A DNA stretch of 64,000 bases from Oopsacas minuta (lineage: Eukaryota; Animalia; Porifera). The position numbers and the translations under genes were made by a program. A model generated the notes under the pieces. That model saw only the letters and a program-made list of their open reading frames with translations. It was not told the DNA's origin and did no database searches. This document shows positions 61,632 through 64,000 of this stretch, one piece after another. The stretch spans positions 1-64,000 of the forward strand of contig JAKMXF010000088.1 of NCBI GenBank assembly GCA_024704765.1. Direction: 5' to 3'. Every line of letters begins with the position of its first letter. The first letter of the stretch is position 1.

Positions 61632-64000
61632 ATGACAAGTAAATTTGCTAATTACCATAAAAAAAACCTTCATGGAGATGATACCTCTAGCCCAATTCCA
61701 CTGCGTTTCCCATCTAGTTCTAGACTGCTTCGTAAGAAGACTCATCAGATGCAAAAGAAAACTAGAAGTCTCCGGGAGACACTAGCCCAGCTAATAGAAG
61801 TACATAAAACAGGGCCTCCCTTATCTCAGGGGCTTACCGAGTCCGAATCTCTGAACGTCGGTGGCCTTAAAAACGACAGCCCTTCCTTTCTTCATGTAGA
61901 TACTCCTCCGAATGATATCTCCCCTCTAGATGGAGTGCAAGAGTATGTGAAGAGCCATACTCACCTTCTGGAGAGTATTTCTTATCTTCTCCGCTTAAGA
62001 TCTGGTCCCTCAGCAAGTAAGCAATCTCCTGTAACATTCGAAGCCTCGATAGAAGATTTAGTGCAGGCCATTAGACTATCCATCTGTTCGGAGTGGGCAG
62101 TAGTGCGAGCTTCTGCCCTTCAATGTCTCAGAGTGCTGTTGCGCACTCCCGGGGTTGAACAGGAAACTTATCGGCAGATCATGAACTTGGGGGTGGATGT
62201 TCTTATCACACGCAGCCTTGATACAGGCATCCTGGAAGGGGGCTACGACATGGAGTTAGTGCAGGCATTACGACTGCTATATCTATTTGTTCAGAAACAT
62301 ACCTCTGAAATATCTCGTCCACTACTTGCTGTTCTAGTCTCTATAGCTAGTTCAGCTACTGTTGATAATAAATTGTTTCGTACTTGTCTAGCAATGCTAG
62401 GCCTATTGGCTGCTAAACAACCTCAACTTTTGCAAGAGACTGGAGGGATTCGTGCACTAGTGCAAGGTGTGCTAACTTGTTCAGACATGCATATGAATGA
62501 AAGTTTAATCTCAGCAGTTATTAGTCTATTAAGTCACCCATCTACTCGGCTTGTTGTAAACCTATTGCACGAGCTTCAACCTCTACTTGCCCCATTCACC
62601 GACCCACATTATATTCCACACTTTTTCGAGATCTCTCGGAAAGAAATACAATCGCCTGCTGATTTAGAGAGAGCCCATGAACAAGCTAGGATCCAGGCTG
62701 TCAATGCTTGTGCGAGTGCTTTCACTTCACTCTTTCTCAGCTGGTCAGGCTTTTTCGCACTCACACATGATTTTGATTCTTCGTCTTTGAGATTCTTAGA
62801 GGTCCTACCATTAGTTACACCCTTACAACAGCATGCTATGTTAGATGCTCTTTTCAGGATCCTTCTCATTGCCCCTCCCGCGTCTTCTAGCATTAACCAA
62901 CTTTTTGATTCCCTCCCTTCAAATGGATCTGATAGACGAACTCGGTCCCTTGTTAGTCCTTTCAGCCAGGGATTGGCCTCATTATCTGAAGACTGGGTTA
63001 CTTATGAGTCAGAGAGAACAATGCCCAGTGTTTGTAAGAGCAGGACTGATTTGGCACTCTGTTATCGCGTGCTAATTATGTCAATTCTCATTGATAATCA
63101 AGTGTTAGTGAGGCTTTTAGAAACGTCAACTCGTTCACCAGAGCCTGTAATTGTCAAAGCTGTTATTCTAGCAAAAGAAATTCTACTTACATTACACAAA
63201 CTCTTTCCCTTCGGCCTTGATATAGCAGAATTGACTGACAGCTCTATTACTAATTTCCTTAATTCTGAAGCCAGACGTTCTCAATCTTGGAAAGCATCTA
63301 AAATAGATGTCCTCTTACAGAGGCTCTATGTATTAGAACGGGATTCTAACGAAGAGAAGTACAGTAGATTTCTCTTATTACTTGTTAAGCCTCCGAAACT
63401 AAACCTGCTCTCCAGTTTGGTCGCAAATAAGACTGAAGATTTGGGGATGCTAAATTGTATCGATGATATATCTGAAAGTATTTCCCTTGCTGGTTCACTA
63501 AACAATTATGCAACCTGGAATTGGGCTAAGATAAATTCTCTATTGGCCACAATACAACCTACTAATGCAGTTGTTCAAAAGCTAAAAGATTCGCAGCTAA
63601 TTAGGAGAATCCTAGAGTTCTATCTTCCTTCAAGTCAACTATTCTACAAATTACCTCTCAAAGCAGATTTTGATCATTACGTACAGGGTGGGCTTAATTT
63701 AATTACCTTTTTACTTAGCTCTGCTTGTGGTTCTCAACTTTTCCCTCTCTTGCACGAGATACTTGACAAACTGAGATTGTTCCTAGATGAGGAACAGAAT
63801 AAAAATAATATTTTAAAAGAACATTCGATGGCAAGTTCTTTAGCTCAAGCATACTTCCTATTCCTTGGACATATCGCTCATTTAGATTGGAAGATTCTTG
63901 TAGAATTTGGTTATCTTGGATTAATACTAGAATTATTTGTATGTCGTCCACCTAACAAAACTCTGATCAAACTTCTTTTACCCACTTTAGTTTTCTATGG
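61632..64000 (+). CDS. RICTOR: Rapamycin-insensitive companion of mTOR (mTORC2 subunit), 5' part; ORF continues past the window end
   Basis: About 789 stop-free codons from ATG 61632. Armadillo-like RICTOR segments VRASALQCLRVL..GVDVLITRSLD..ELVQALRL..ETGGIRAL..MNESLISAVISLLSHPSTR..LAPFTDPHY, LSWSG, TWNW, IRRILEFYLPSSQLF and YFLFLG align by eye with animal RICTOR. Confidence 0.93.
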   Translation, partial: MTSKFANYHKKNLHGDDTSSPIPLRFPSSSRLLRKKTHQMQKKTRSLRETLAQLIEVHKTGPPLSQGLTESESLNVGGLKNDSPSFLHVDTPPNDISPLDGVQEYVKSHTHLLESISYLLRLRSGPSASKQSPVTFEASIEDLVQAIRLSICSEWAVVRASALQCLRVLLRTPGVEQETYRQIMNLGVDVLITRSLDTGILEGGYDMELVQALRLLYLFVQKHTSEISRPLLAVLVSIASSATVDNKLFRTCLAMLGLLAAKQPQLLQETGGIRALVQGVLTCSDMHMNESLISAVISLLSHPSTRLVVNLLHELQPLLAPFTDPHYIPHFFEISRKEIQSPADLERAHEQARIQAVNACASAFTSLFLSWSGFFALTHDFDSSSLRFLEVLPLVTPLQQHAMLDALFRILLIAPPASSSINQLFDSLPSNGSDRRTRSLVSPFSQGLASLSEDWVTYESERTMPSVCKSRTDLALCYRVLIMSILIDNQVLVRLLETSTRSPEPVIVKAVILAKEILLTLHKLFPFGLDIAELTDSSITNFLNSEARRSQSWKASKIDVLLQRLYVLERDSNEEKYSRFLLLLVKPPKLNLLSSLVANKTEDLGMLNCIDDISESISLAGSLNNYATWNWAKINSLLATIQPTNAVVQKLKDSQLIRRILEFYLPSSQLFYKLPLKADFDHYVQGGLNLITFLLSSACGSQLFPLLHEILDKLRLFLDEEQNKNNILKEHSMASSLAQAYFLFLGHIAHLDWKILVEFGYLGLILELFVCRPPNKTLIKLLLPTLVFY

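Noticed and set aside
62609-63951. Short ORFs 62609-62893, 62845-63075 and 63715-63951
   Set aside because: They are antisense or alternate-frame shadows of the RICTOR ORF.
1-64000. tRNA, rRNA or prokaryotic operon/defence systems
   Set aside because: No cloverleaf or rRNA-like tracts were recognised. Spliceosomal introns and animal genes show the DNA is eukaryotic.

Overview
AT-rich animal (eukaryotic) genomic DNA with two recognisable host genes, which diverge from each other, and an otherwise transposon-packed landscape. (1) A heterotrimeric G-protein alpha subunit on the minus strand. Exons 1-4 lie at 25808-25937, 25531-25622, 4006-4098 and 1304-1458, and the gene runs off the window start. 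It looks Gv-class-like and has a 21.4-kb TE-filled intron 2. (2) RICTOR on the plus strand, from 61632 to beyond the window end, uninterrupted for about 789 codons. The rest is transposable elements. These include Tc1/mariner, two MULEs (one with a C-terminal RING), two Chapaev3-type elements and two hAT elements. There are also many MITEs, a 5'-truncated Gypsy LTR retrotransposon, Ginger-like integrase elements and a KDZ (Kyakuja-Dileera-Zisupton) transposase gene tail-to-tail with a Ulp1-protease/PHD gene. The most striking element is a 3.28-kb RAG1-like Transib transposon (38465-41742). Both of its ends start with the exact RSS heptamer CACAGTG, it has a perfect 5-bp GGGCC target-site duplication, and its ends are asymmetric (about 10 vs 19 nt between the heptamer and an A-rich motif). 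All coordinates, counts and translations were done by hand and no database search was run. A non-bilaterian host such as a sponge is only an inference.
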